Numbered from the stretch's first letter, positions 1 through 8,457 are shown. The stretch: 23,920 nucleotides of DNA from an uncultured Deferribacteres bacterium (GCA_964014485.1 CAXHAT010000126.1:1-23920); one strand, 5' to 3'. A program made the numbers and translations. The notes: generated by a model from the letters alone, not told the origin.

Positions 1-87
1 ATTCCCAAACCGGAGTTTGGGAACGAGCCGCAATGAGGCACTGTTTTCGGTTTGGCTTCAGAAACGCTTTGCCGCGCGTAACATCAG
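1..87. mobile_element. Right end of a TIR-bounded element (family B) truncated by the window start, containing a REP-like hairpin
   Basis: Hairpin TTCCCAAAC-CGGA-GTTTGGGAA (2-23). GCGCGTAACATCAG (74-87) is the exact reverse complement of CTGATGTTACGCGC at 14590-14603. Confidence 0.55.
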
Positions 88-148
88 ATACTCATTTGAA
101 ATACATATTCTATCCGTCCGCTATTTAATTATAAACAAACCTTTAGAA

Positions 149-177
149 TTGACATCCAGTCGGAGAATACGTACATT
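149..177 (+). promoter_or_regulatory. sigma70-type promoter for polyprenyl synthase
   Basis: TTGACA (149-154), 17 nt, TACATT (172-177), about 50 nt before the GTG start. Confidence 0.7.
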
Positions 178-225
178 CGCCCCGTTTTTTCGGTTAGTTT
201 TCCTCAAGCAACAGCGGCGGCATTT

Positions 226-1200
226 GTGGATTTACAAGAAGTAATTGATCCGATTCGTGATGAACTGGACGCCTTCGAAAAACAGTTTAAAAATCTGCTA
301 AAATCTGATATTTTTTTGGTCGATAAAGTCGTCAGTTACCTGGTTTCTCATAAAGGCAAACGACTCCGCCCGATACTTGTCCTTCTCGTCGCTTCTCTTA
401 GAGACGACAAGCCATCCGTTCAAAAACTCAATGCAGCAGCGATAGTTGAGTTGATGCACACCGCTTCTTTGCTGCACGATGACGTCGTCGACGACAGCTA
501 CCAACGCCGCGGCTTCCCTTCAATTAACGCCATCTGGAAAAACAAAATTTCCGTTTTGACCGGCGACTATTTATTTTCGAAAGTGCTGGTGGCGATGTAT
601 AACATTCGAGATTTTGCCGCCTTCGACGCCATTTGTTCAACAGCGCAACGTATGAGCCAAGGAGAGCTTTTGCAGATTGAGCGCAGCAAAGATTTTTGGA
701 TGGAAGAGGAGGTTTATTACCGCTTGATCGGGGACAAAACGGCTTCGCTGATTTCAGCGGCGTGCCGTCTTGGAGCAATAACCGGGGACGGGACGGAAGA
801 AGACGTCAAAACGATGGAACGCTTTGGCGAAAACATCGGTTTGGCGTTTCAAATTCGAGACGATATACTCGATCTTATCGGAACGGAAAAGAAAACAGGC
901 AAGCCGATAGCGAACGACTTACGAGAGAACAAAATCACCCTTCCGCTTCTTCACGCGTTAAAACAAGCTGAAAAACGTGAGGCCAAGAAGATCATACGAA
1001 TGGTCAAGGGGGGCGCGAATCGTAAAAATATCAATTTTATCGTGTCCTTCATCAAGGACAACGACGGCGTTGATTACGCTTCACAAAAGGCGGAGGAACT
1101 GCTCGACGCTTCGATTCAAATGCTCGACCGCTACGAAGATTCCAAGTACAAAGAAGTCCTGATCAAGCTCGTTCGCTTCATCACTACTCGCGAACATTAA
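226..1200 (+). CDS. Trans-polyprenyl diphosphate synthase (IspB/HepT-like)
   Basis: GKRLRP, first DDxxD motif (LLHDDVVD..RRG), KTA, and second motif (FQIRDDILD); GTG start. Confidence 0.93.
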   Translation: MDLQEVIDPIRDELDAFEKQFKNLLKSDIFLVDKVVSYLVSHKGKRLRPILVLLVASLRDDKPSVQKLNAAAIVELMHTASLLHDDVVDDSYQRRGFPSINAIWKNKISVLTGDYLFSKVLVAMYNIRDFAAFDAICSTAQRMSQGELLQIERSKDFWMEEEVYYRLIGDKTASLISAACRLGAITGDGTEEDVKTMERFGENIGLAFQIRDDILDLIGTEKKTGKPIANDLRENKITLPLLHALKQAEKREAKKIIRMVKGGANRKNINFIVSFIKDNDGVDYASQKAEELLDASIQMLDRYEDSKYKEVLIKLVRFITTREH

Positions 1201-1220
1201 TTTTGCAATAATACTCCGCC

Positions 1221-2363
1221 CTACTTCTTCAAAAGTGCATACCACGCCGGATCTACTTGCGTTTCGTCGTTCACCATAACGGCGACAAACGTTTCTTGCT
1301 CGACCAAGTACCCAACCATAGCTCCAAAACCAGCGATTCGTCCGGCAAAATAGAGCATGTCTCCCAACGGGCTGCGCATAAGAATGATCCCTCTGCCGTA
1401 AAATGTAATTCCGGTTCCCATCGGATACATCTGTGAAGTCATGGCCTCCAAACTTTCTCCAGAGACCAATTTTCTGGCCAGCAGTGCATAAAAGAAAGTC
1501 GCCAAGTCAGACGCGTTCGAGGCAATTATTCCGGCTCCGTGCGGCGTGGCATGGTTCACCTTGCTCATAATTGATTCACCGCGATGGTAGCCCTTGATTA
1601 AAAGAGCATGTTCGTTTTCGGGAGTAATTATTCCGGTGTTTTTGAGCTCAAGGGGTTCGATAATTCGCTTTTTCAAAAGGTCAAAAAAAGTCTGTTGCGT
1701 TATTTTTTCCAGAATGACGGCCAACATGACATAGCCGGTGTTTGAATACGACCAACGCTCACCAGGCCTAAAATGATTGCCTTGCTTTTTTGCTTCGGCA
1801 ATCAGCTCTGGAGGTGTGTGATACTTCGACGATTCACGAAATTTCTTACTCCAATTGAAGCTGTAAATTCCACTGGTGTGCGTCAATAAATGGTCAATGG
1901 TAATCTTATTTGCATTCGGAAATTTCGGGAACCATTGGTCAATCGTGGCGTCCAACGCCAATCGTCCGTCTTCGATTAATTGAAAAACAAGAACGGCGGT
2001 AAAAACTTTGCCGATGCTCCCGGCATGAAATTTCGATCCAGCTTCCACCAAATCCTTGTTTTCAACATCGGCAAACCCTTCCGTTCCAAGCCACTTACCC
2101 TCGTTTATTTTAAACGCCGCGATGGATATGCCCGTAACTTTTGATTTTTCAAAAATTTGCTGCAAACGTTGATTGTACAAGCGCTGCTTTTGCGGCGGCA
2201 TAGATTGGTTCAAAGCGCCTTTATCATAAATCAAGCTTTCATCCATTGCAAAAGTCACGATGTCTTCTTTTTGGAAATCGACAAAGGGCTTGATGTTTTG
2301 GCCAAAAACCGTCGATGCAGTCAGGAGAAATGCAGCGAGGACAAGGTTCTTAAAATCTCTCAT
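1221..2363 (-). CDS. Secreted serine hydrolase, beta-lactamase class C / D-Ala-D-Ala carboxypeptidase family
   Basis: SIGK (SxxK), LLTHTSG, YSNTGY (YxN). Signal-peptide-like MRDFKNLVLAAFLLTASTVFG from the ATG at 2363; the longer ORF overlaps the upstream gene. Confidence 0.85.
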   Translation of the reverse strand: MRDFKNLVLAAFLLTASTVFGQNIKPFVDFQKEDIVTFAMDESLIYDKGALNQSMPPQKQRLYNQRLQQIFEKSKVTGISIAAFKINEGKWLGTEGFADVENKDLVEAGSKFHAGSIGKVFTAVLVFQLIEDGRLALDATIDQWFPKFPNANKITIDHLLTHTSGIYSFNWSKKFRESSKYHTPPELIAEAKKQGNHFRPGERWSYSNTGYVMLAVILEKITQQTFFDLLKKRIIEPLELKNTGIITPENEHALLIKGYHRGESIMSKVNHATPHGAGIIASNASDLATFFYALLARKLVSGESLEAMTSQMYPMGTGITFYGRGIILMRSPLGDMLYFAGRIAGFGAMVGYLVEQETFVAVMVNDETQVDPAWYALLKK

Positions 2364-2370
2364 GTTGCGT

Positions 2371-3039
2371 CTACAAAAATGTTGCGATTTCATCTAACTT
2401 CTTTTTGGAAATATCAGGCACAAGAGCGTCTTCGGCGGGATAACCCGCTACCAAAATCATGTAAGGCCTCTCATTTGAAGGGCGCCCCAAAATTTGATTC
2501 AAGAACTTCATCGGGCTTGGCGTATGGGTCAAGCTTGCAAGTCCGGCGTGATGCAAGGCGGCAATCAAAAGTCCGGTCGCGATGCCGACGGACTCCTGCA
2601 CATAATAATTTTTGAGCGTGCGCCCATCCGGCAGACGTTCGTAGCTTTCCGCGAAAATAACGATGAGATAAGGCGCGGTTTCCAAAAAAGGCTTGTCGCT
2701 GTCCGTACCCAGCGGAGCCAGCGCTTCCAGCCATTCTTTCGGCGCGCGATTCTCATAAAAGTCGCGCTCTTCTTCTTCCGCTGCCTTGCGAATCTGCTTT
2801 TTTATCTCAGGATTACTGACGACGACAAAATGCCACGGCTGCCGATTGGCGCCATTGGGAGCCGTTCCGGCCGCTAATAACGACGCTTCAATAATTTCTC
2901 GCGGAACTTCCCGCTCCGAAAACTCTCGCACCGTTCGCCGACGTTTCATTTCATTATAGAAATCCGTCGCGCCATCAAGCATTTTGTCGACAGGCATTTC
3001 CTGGAAGTCTGGCAGCGGAATAAATTTGTATTTAGCCAT
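2371..3039 (-). CDS. Nitroreductase superfamily, iodotyrosine deiodinase (IYD)-like
   Basis: [53 protein letters not shown]. Start set at MAKYKF (3039) because the longer ORF runs into the MITE. Confidence 0.85.
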   Translation of the reverse strand: MAKYKFIPLPDFQEMPVDKMLDGATDFYNEMKRRRTVREFSEREVPREIIEASLLAAGTAPNGANRQPWHFVVVSNPEIKKQIRKAAEEEERDFYENRAPKEWLEALAPLGTDSDKPFLETAPYLIVIFAESYERLPDGRTLKNYYVQESVGIATGLLIAALHHAGLASLTHTPSPMKFLNQILGRPSNERPYMILVAGYPAEDALVPDISKKKLDEIATFL

Positions 3040-3066
3040 TCTGTAAACCGTTCTTTTGAAATGAGT

Positions 3067-3271
3067 TTCACTACCTGACACTTTTTGTATAGACTTCTAA
3101 AACTGGCGAAAAAGGCCGGAATAGTCATGCTGAAAGCATCTTTTTTGATCCAACCCTTGAATTTTTGAGCATGATCTATACTGGGCGATAACAAAGATTC
3201 CTTCTGAATGACAAAACGAGGCCTTTCGACGGCTCGAAAATACAGTTTACAAAAAAGTGTCAGGTAGAGAG
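3067..3271 (+). mobile_element. MITE family A, copy 1 (~205 bp)
   Basis: TIR core CTACCTGACACTTTTT ... AAAAAGTGTCAGGTAG; flanking direct repeat (G)AAATGAGT at 3058-3066 and 3271-3279; two more copies in the window. Confidence 0.88.
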
Positions 3272-3475
3272 AAATGAGTATTTATTTAAAACGGCATATG
3301 CAAAAATTGTGCGTAAACAGCAATTCATAATTCATCAGAACGGTTATTTTCAGCTCAAATTGGACAATGAACTAACCATTAATCTTTGAAAAAGGAACGG
3401 CGGTTGAAATGCTAAAATGAAGGTCGCAAACCCTTTTTACTGCAAAAGCTTAGGTTAAAAAAGCTTAGAAAAATC

Positions 3476-3503
3476 TTGCATTTAAGACGTTGGTTTCTAT
3501 ATT
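3476..3503 (+). promoter_or_regulatory. Probable sigma70 promoter of the tRNA pair
   Basis: TTGCAT, 16 nt, TATATT, ending about 20 nt before tRNA-Phe; A/T-rich upstream. Confidence 0.5.
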
Positions 3504-3522
3504 TAGGCTCTCGAAATATGGC

Positions 3523-3595
3523 GGGCAGGTAGCTCAGTCGGTAGAGCAATGGACTGAAAATCCATGTGTCGGCAGTTCGATTCTGCCCCTGCCCA
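3523..3595 (+). tRNA. tRNA-Phe(GAA)
   Basis: Acceptor GGGCAGG/CCTGCCC+A, D-arm GCTC/GAGC, anticodon arm ATGGA-CTGAAAA-TCCAT, T-loop TTCGATT; 73 nt, CCA not encoded. Confidence 0.97.
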
Positions 3596-3658
3596 TTTTT
3601 TTGCGACGACTGCGCACCGAAACACACTTGATCATTCACATAAAGCAGTCGTTTTTAA

Positions 3659-3731
3659 GCCACCTTAGCTCAGTCGGCAGAGCGGCTCACTCGTAATGAG
3701 CAGGTCGTCGGTTCGATTCCGACAGGTGGCT
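3659..3731 (+). tRNA. tRNA-Thr(CGT)
   Basis: Acceptor GCCACCT/AGGTGGC+T, anticodon arm GCTCA-CTCGTAA-TGAGC, T-arm GTCGG-TTCGATT-CCGAC; 73 nt, CCA not encoded. Confidence 0.97.
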
Positions 3732-3773
3732 TTTTCAGTTCATAGAGGCCCTTGACGTCAACGGATTCTCACC

Positions 3774-4700
3774 ATGTATAAAAAACTCTCCCTGCTGTCT
3801 CTCACGCTGCTGCTTTCTTCTCTTCATTTTCAAACTTCCCAAGCGCAAACACGTGGATTCCATTTTTTAAGAACGACGATCGGCGCACGCCCTTCCGCTC
3901 TTGCCGGCGCGTTCACTGCCATTAAGGGAGACATTCATTCCGTCACCGCTAATCCTGCGGCGCTTTCTTCAATTAATGGAAAAGCGGCGACTTTCGATTA
4001 CGTCAACAGCGCATTGGACATTCAAAGCGGTTTTGGCGCATATGTTCAGGATTTCGGCGGCGGCAAGGTTGCTTTGGCTTTCCAATATCAGGACTACGGC
4101 AGCTTTGAAACGACGGATGCGCTGGGCACGGAACTTGGCTCTTTTTCTGCGAACAGTCTTGTGCTCACTGCGGCTTATTCGCAAAAATACACGGATGAAT
4201 TATCGGTGGGCGGCGCTGTGAAGTTCATCCATTCCGGCATCGACGTTTACTCGACCAGCGGATTTGCCGCTGATCTCGCTCTCTTTTATGATGCGCCGAT
4301 TTTTGGCGGCCTGCAGGTAGGCGGCGGCGTTTTCAATCTTGGCAAAGCGACAAGCGCTTTCATAGAAACCAAAGAAAGCATGCCAACGCGCTTCGAAATT
4401 GGCGTTTCAAAAAGATTGGCGCATTTGCCGTTGCAATACTCTCTTACAGCGCAAAAATATTTGGATGATGATTTTTATTTTGCAGCGGGCGGTGAATTTC
4501 GTCTCAGTGAGCAGCTAAAATGGCGGATTGGTTATAACTCTATCGGCAGTGATTTGAAAATTGGCGGGGAAGGACGATTTGCCGGGGTTTCAACTGGCTT
4601 CGGGGTTAAGATTCAAGACAAATACGGCTTTGATTATGCGTATTCTTCCATGGGAACCGTTGGAGCGCAGATTCTAATTTCATTTTCACTTCAACTTTAA
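3774..4700 (+). CDS. PorV/PorQ-family outer-membrane beta-barrel protein
   Basis: Signal peptide, FL....GARPSALAGAF.....D......NPAAL N-terminal motif, alternating beta-strand pattern, C-terminal DYAYS..G.VG....ISF. Confidence 0.8.
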   Translation: MYKKLSLLSLTLLLSSLHFQTSQAQTRGFHFLRTTIGARPSALAGAFTAIKGDIHSVTANPAALSSINGKAATFDYVNSALDIQSGFGAYVQDFGGGKVALAFQYQDYGSFETTDALGTELGSFSANSLVLTAAYSQKYTDELSVGGAVKFIHSGIDVYSTSGFAADLALFYDAPIFGGLQVGGGVFNLGKATSAFIETKESMPTRFEIGVSKRLAHLPLQYSLTAQKYLDDDFYFAAGGEFRLSEQLKWRIGYNSIGSDLKIGGEGRFAGVSTGFGVKIQDKYGFDYAYSSMGTVGAQILISFSLQL

Positions 4701-4716
4701 GAACCTTCACAAAATC

Positions 4717-4744
4717 CGCGAGGAGCAACGATTCGCCCCTCGCG
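4717..4744. terminator. Intrinsic terminator hairpin between convergent genes
   Basis: CGCGAGGAGC-8nt-GCCCCTCGCG; the single mismatch is a G-U pair on the minus strand, which is followed by GATTTT. Confidence 0.6.
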
Positions 4745-4763
4745 TTCTCAACAAACGAATCGA

Positions 4764-5177
4764 TTACTTCGTTTCCGCTTTTTCTCCATCCATTTTCTGA
4801 ACGAGCTTGGCCACTGCGTCGGTTAATTGGTCAACTTTCGCAGTTAAATCTTCAATCTCGCTTTTGTTGGAAGCGCCCTTCTCGCCGTCAAAAACCGACT
4901 TCACTTTCTTTTCGACATATTTAACGGCGTCCTCGATTTTGTCACCGACATTTTCGGTTTTCTTCTCGAATTTCTCGCCTTTCTTGATCAATCCCTGGCC
5001 TTTTTCTATGAACTGATCGTAAAGCTTTGAGCCTTCTTCTTCAACCGTAGAAAGAACGCCAAGGCCGGCCAGCCAGATGTTGCGCGCCTTCTCAGAAACT
5101 TCGCTCTGAACTTTCTCCGTGGCTTCCTTAACGTCATCCTGAATTTTTTCAAAAGGATCTTTTTTCGTGGCCATCAT
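4764..5177 (-). CDS. Phasin / PHA granule-associated protein (PhaF/PhaI-like)
   Basis: ARNIWLAGLG....EEEGSKLY...IEKG motif, C-terminal coiled coil, AGGAG RBS, directly downstream of a PhaR-like gene. Confidence 0.82.
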   Translation of the reverse strand: MMATKKDPFEKIQDDVKEATEKVQSEVSEKARNIWLAGLGVLSTVEEEGSKLYDQFIEKGQGLIKKGEKFEKKTENVGDKIEDAVKYVEKKVKSVFDGEKGASNKSEIEDLTAKVDQLTDAVAKLVQKMDGEKAETK

Positions 5178-5221
5178 TTATTCTCCTGATTTTGTTTAAT
5201 TGGGAAATTTGGTACAATGAT

Positions 5222-5638
5222 TTATGTGTTCACTCGTTTCACTAAGTTTTCAATCATGCCCTCAAGATCGGAAATCCGTTTCTTGAGCATTTCAATCTCT
5301 TCTTTTTCCGGATCGCGCCAAATACGGTGCAGCGAATCCGGCACAATTCGATCTATGCCGTCGCGTAATTGCTGCACGCTTTCTTCGAGAAAATGACTGC
5401 CCATGCGGATTACTTCGTGCATTGCTTCCGAAGAAAGCGGGTTTCGGCCCTTTTTGCCTTCTTCAACAATCACCTGCATCAAAGTCTGGGACGTGATGTC
5501 GTTTCCGGAAGTGTTTTCAATGACTTGAACTTCAGCCCCGGCACGGATCATCACGGCAATTTGCTCTAAAGAAATATAGGTGCGATTCTCAACGTCGTAC
5601 AGTTTTCTGTTTTCGTAGCGTTTAATCGTTCGGAGCAT
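5222..5638 (-). CDS. phaR: PHA synthesis regulator PhaR-like protein (PHB_acc_N DNA-binding domain)
   Basis: IKRYENRKLYD....YISLEQIA.MIR.G....VI....G.DIT..TL.Q signature; start uncertain (5638, 5650 or 5671). Confidence 0.85.
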   Translation of the reverse strand: MLRTIKRYENRKLYDVENRTYISLEQIAVMIRAGAEVQVIENTSGNDITSQTLMQVIVEEGKKGRNPLSSEAMHEVIRMGSHFLEESVQQLRDGIDRIVPDSLHRIWRDPEKEEIEMLKKRISDLEGMIENLVKRVNT

Positions 5639-5689
5639 TCTCGTCGCCATTGTCGCGTTTTTAGTTAGCATTTGCGTTTGTTACAGGTA

Positions 5690-5718
5690 ATTATAACACA
5701 GTGCGTCATAATTGTCAA
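5690..5718 (-). promoter_or_regulatory. Perfect-consensus sigma70 promoter for phaR-phasin
   Basis: Minus strand reads TTGACA-attatgacgcactgtgt (17 nt)-TATAAT. Confidence 0.9.
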
Positions 5719-5743
5719 GAATATTTTTGACACACTGCGTCAT
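5694..5743. promoter_or_regulatory. Twin imperfect palindromic operators, consensus near TGACGCA-N-TGCGTCA
   Basis: ACACAGTGCGTCAT (5696-5709) and ACACACTGCGTCAT (5730-5743), 13/14 identical; one fills the promoter spacer, the other lies upstream of -35. Confidence 0.65.
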
Positions 5744-5844
5744 GCCGATAAGAACGTTTGTTTTCTACCTGGAAATTGATAACGAACGGGAGGTCTCAGC
5801 GCAGGTACGGGGCGACAGGGAGGGATTTATTTTGAAACCACACT

Positions 5845-6819
5845 CTAGTGGAAGTGTTTTTGAAGTCTTCGCTTATGATGTTCGCTCAAAAAAGAGGCCG
5901 CAAGTGCATCAGAATTACATCTTGCAAAATGAGCTTTTCCCCACCCAAAAACTTCAGCAAGCTTACGATATTCATCGCTCAGAGAAACGTTAGCAAGCGT
6001 CCGGCCGTCTGTATTTATTCCCACCGAAAGACCTGCTTCATACAATTGATTTATTGGGTGATCGGCGTAAGCGGGAAAGACGTTCACTTGAATATTGCAC
6101 GTTGGACAAACTTCCAGGTGGATTTGTCGATCTCGCAACTCTTCGACCAATTCTGGATCTTCAACACAGCGAACGCCGTGACTTAACCGCATTGGTTTGA
6201 GTAAATCCAGCGTCTCACGGATGCTTTCCGGGCCGCGCGCTTCGCCGCAATGTGCAATTCTTGGGATTTCGTTCGCCACAGCGTATTGAAAAGCTTTAAC
6301 GTGCGGCTGAATCGAAAAACCCGCTTCGTCCGCTGCAAGATCAAGCGCGACCACGTTGCTATGCAGAAACTTCTCCACCAGCCTGACGGTTTCCAAGCTC
6401 TGCTCTTCAGAATAATGCCGCAGCGTGCACAAAACAAGCCCGGCTTGAACTCCGGTCTCGCTCATGCAATCACGAAACGCCTCATCGACAATTCGCACGA
6501 CTTCTTCCGCGTTCAATCCGCTTCTCGTATGTAAGTGCGGGGCAAATCTGATTTCAGCGTATTTGACGTTTTCCGCGGCAAGTTGCCTGAACAAATCCTG
6601 GGTTACGAGTCGTAACGCTTTTTCATTTTGCATCAAAGCCAAAGCGTTGTCGATAACGCGCAACACTTCCGCCAGATTCTCATTTTTTGCTGGAGCGATA
6701 AAGCCGCTTCTAAATTTTTCAACCGTAATCTCAGGCTGTAAAAAAGAAACGACTTCAAAGCTCAATGAGCAATCGAGATGTAAATGAAGCTCGACTTTCG
6801 GAACGGCTTGAAAATCCAT
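5845..6819 (-). CDS. add: Adenosine/adenine deaminase family
   Basis: PKVELHLHLD, YAEIRFAP, AHCGE, RLSHG, EVCPTCN, INTD. Confidence 0.88.
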   Translation of the reverse strand: MDFQAVPKVELHLHLDCSLSFEVVSFLQPEITVEKFRSGFIAPAKNENLAEVLRVIDNALALMQNEKALRLVTQDLFRQLAAENVKYAEIRFAPHLHTRSGLNAEEVVRIVDEAFRDCMSETGVQAGLVLCTLRHYSEEQSLETVRLVEKFLHSNVVALDLAADEAGFSIQPHVKAFQYAVANEIPRIAHCGEARGPESIRETLDLLKPMRLSHGVRCVEDPELVEELRDRQIHLEVCPTCNIQVNVFPAYADHPINQLYEAGLSVGINTDGRTLANVSLSDEYRKLAEVFGWGKAHFARCNSDALAASFLSEHHKRRLQKHFH

Positions 6820-6828
6820 CAAAATGAT

Positions 6829-8076
6829 CTACGCTTTGCCAAAGATGAGAGATGTGTTGGTGCCGCCAAAACCAAATGCATTGGAAAGCGCAAAGTCAAC
6901 TTTTGCTTCGCGCGGTCGGTTTGCGACATGATCCATTTCGCATTCTGGATCGAGCTTGTTCAGATTGATCGTCGGCGGGAGTTGTCCATTGTGCAGCGCC
7001 AGCACAGTGTAAGCGGCTTCAACCGCTCCGGCTGCGCCCAATAAATGCCCGGTCATCGATTTGGTTGAGCTGATCGCCACATCGTCCGCCGCACCGTCCA
7101 AAGCTTTTCTCATCGCCATTATTTCCGCACGATCCCCCAAAGGCGTCGAGGTCGCGTGTGCATTGATATACCCAAGGTCTTTCGGAGAAATTTCGGCGTC
7201 TTGAATCGAACGCTCAATCGCAAGCGCCGCGCCTGAACCGTCTTCGCTTGGAGCCGTCGGGTGAAAGGCGTCCGACGAGTACCCGGAACCTTGCAAATAT
7301 GCGTAGATTCGAGCCTCGCGAGCTCGGGCCATCTCTTCCCGCTCAAGAATCAACATTCCGGCGCCTTCTCCCATCACAAATCCATCTCGATTCACATCAA
7401 AGGGCCTGCTTGCGCCTTGCGGGTCGTCGTTGTTCAGCGACAAGGCTTTGGCCGAAGCGAAGCCTGCGATACAAAGCGGAATCGTCGCCGCTTCTGAACC
7501 CCCGGCAATGGCAACGTCCGCTTCATCGTGTTGAATCATTCTGAACGCTTCGCCGATGCTATGCGCTCCTGTCGCACAGGCGGAAACAACGGAAAAATTC
7601 CCGCCGCGCGTGCCATATCTAATCGCCATCAAACCGGGCGCCATGTTCGCGATGATTGAAGGAACGAAGTAGGGCGAAATCCGCCGATGACCGCGCTGAT
7701 CCAGGATAAGAGCGTTATCATAAAACGTCTTGACGCCGCCCATCCCGGAACCGACGATAATGGCGGTGCGGTCTTTGGGCAAATTGTCGTCATTCAATCC
7801 GGCGTCTTCCAGCGCGTCGTCGCCGGCGGCAATGGCGTAGTGAAAAACCGTATCGTATTGCCGCGCCATTTTGCGATCAATATACTTTAGCGGATCAAAA
7901 TCCTTCACTTCCCCGGCGAAACGCATCGGCAAGTCGCTGGCGTCGAATTTTGTTATGTCGCCAACGCCGGATTTTCCCTCCATCAGCGAAGCCCAATTGG
8001 CGTCAACGCTGTTGCCAATCGGCGTGAGCAGTCCGATTCCGGTCACCGCCACACGTTCATCTCTACGACGTTTCAT
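6829..8076 (-). CDS. fabF: Beta-ketoacyl-ACP synthase II
   Basis: RVAVTGIG, catalytic SACATG, NAHATST, GHLLGAAG, SNAFGFGGTN; purine-rich RBS before the ATG at 8076. Confidence 0.93.
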   Translation of the reverse strand: MKRRRDERVAVTGIGLLTPIGNSVDANWASLMEGKSGVGDITKFDASDLPMRFAGEVKDFDPLKYIDRKMARQYDTVFHYAIAAGDDALEDAGLNDDNLPKDRTAIIVGSGMGGVKTFYDNALILDQRGHRRISPYFVPSIIANMAPGLMAIRYGTRGGNFSVVSACATGAHSIGEAFRMIQHDEADVAIAGGSEAATIPLCIAGFASAKALSLNNDDPQGASRPFDVNRDGFVMGEGAGMLILEREEMARAREARIYAYLQGSGYSSDAFHPTAPSEDGSGAALAIERSIQDAEISPKDLGYINAHATSTPLGDRAEIMAMRKALDGAADDVAISSTKSMTGHLLGAAGAVEAAYTVLALHNGQLPPTINLNKLDPECEMDHVANRPREAKVDFALSNAFGFGGTNTSLIFGKA

Positions 8077-8132
8077 GATACTTCCTTCCTCCTCTATTTT
8101 CAATGCTACCTTGTTCGCTCCAAAACGGGGAG

Positions 8133-8161
8133 ATATTAATTGATTTAAGTTTTATGCGCAA
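8133..8161 (-). promoter_or_regulatory. Probable sigma70 promoter for fabF-add
   Basis: Minus strand TTGCGC, 17 nt, TAATAT. Confidence 0.5.
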
Positions 8162-8441
8162 GTCGTTCAAAGCAGATTCTTCTCTTGTCCCTGGAGAAGA
8201 ATATGACTAATTTTTACGGCAAGAAAAGCAACACGATGTTGCTGCGAAAAATTTCAGCGCCATGAAATTTACGCGTTTCGTTCGCCAGGGAAGGAATTTG
8301 AAAAATTTGCCGCAGTCGCAATCGTCGCTTCGCACGCCACTCCATCGCCTTCTTCCACCTCTCTGCCGATCGATACAAATAAAAATCCGTGAGTCATTTT
8401 AAATTCCTGCAAAGTTTGAAGTCAAGCCGAAGACGCTTGGG

Positions 8442-8457
8442 CAAACGCTTCAGCGTT
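8442..8457. repeat. Short REP-like palindrome (partial copy)
   Basis: CAAACGCTTCAGCGTT is a 16-nt exact match to the reverse complement of part of 14767-14784. Confidence 0.45.

Noticed and set aside
2946..3194. 82-aa ORF as a MITE-encoded peptide or transposase fragment
   Set aside because: No transposase motifs, overlaps the nitroreductase out of frame, and copy 3 has an indel in this region.
3523..3731. tRNA-targeted genomic island or prophage attachment site
   Set aside because: I found no duplicated tRNA 3' end and no integrase in the window.
5727..5755. Divergent plus-strand promoter from TTGACA at 5727
   Set aside because: No credible -10 at 16-18 nt, and the 93-aa plus-strand ORF there overlaps add and looks spurious.
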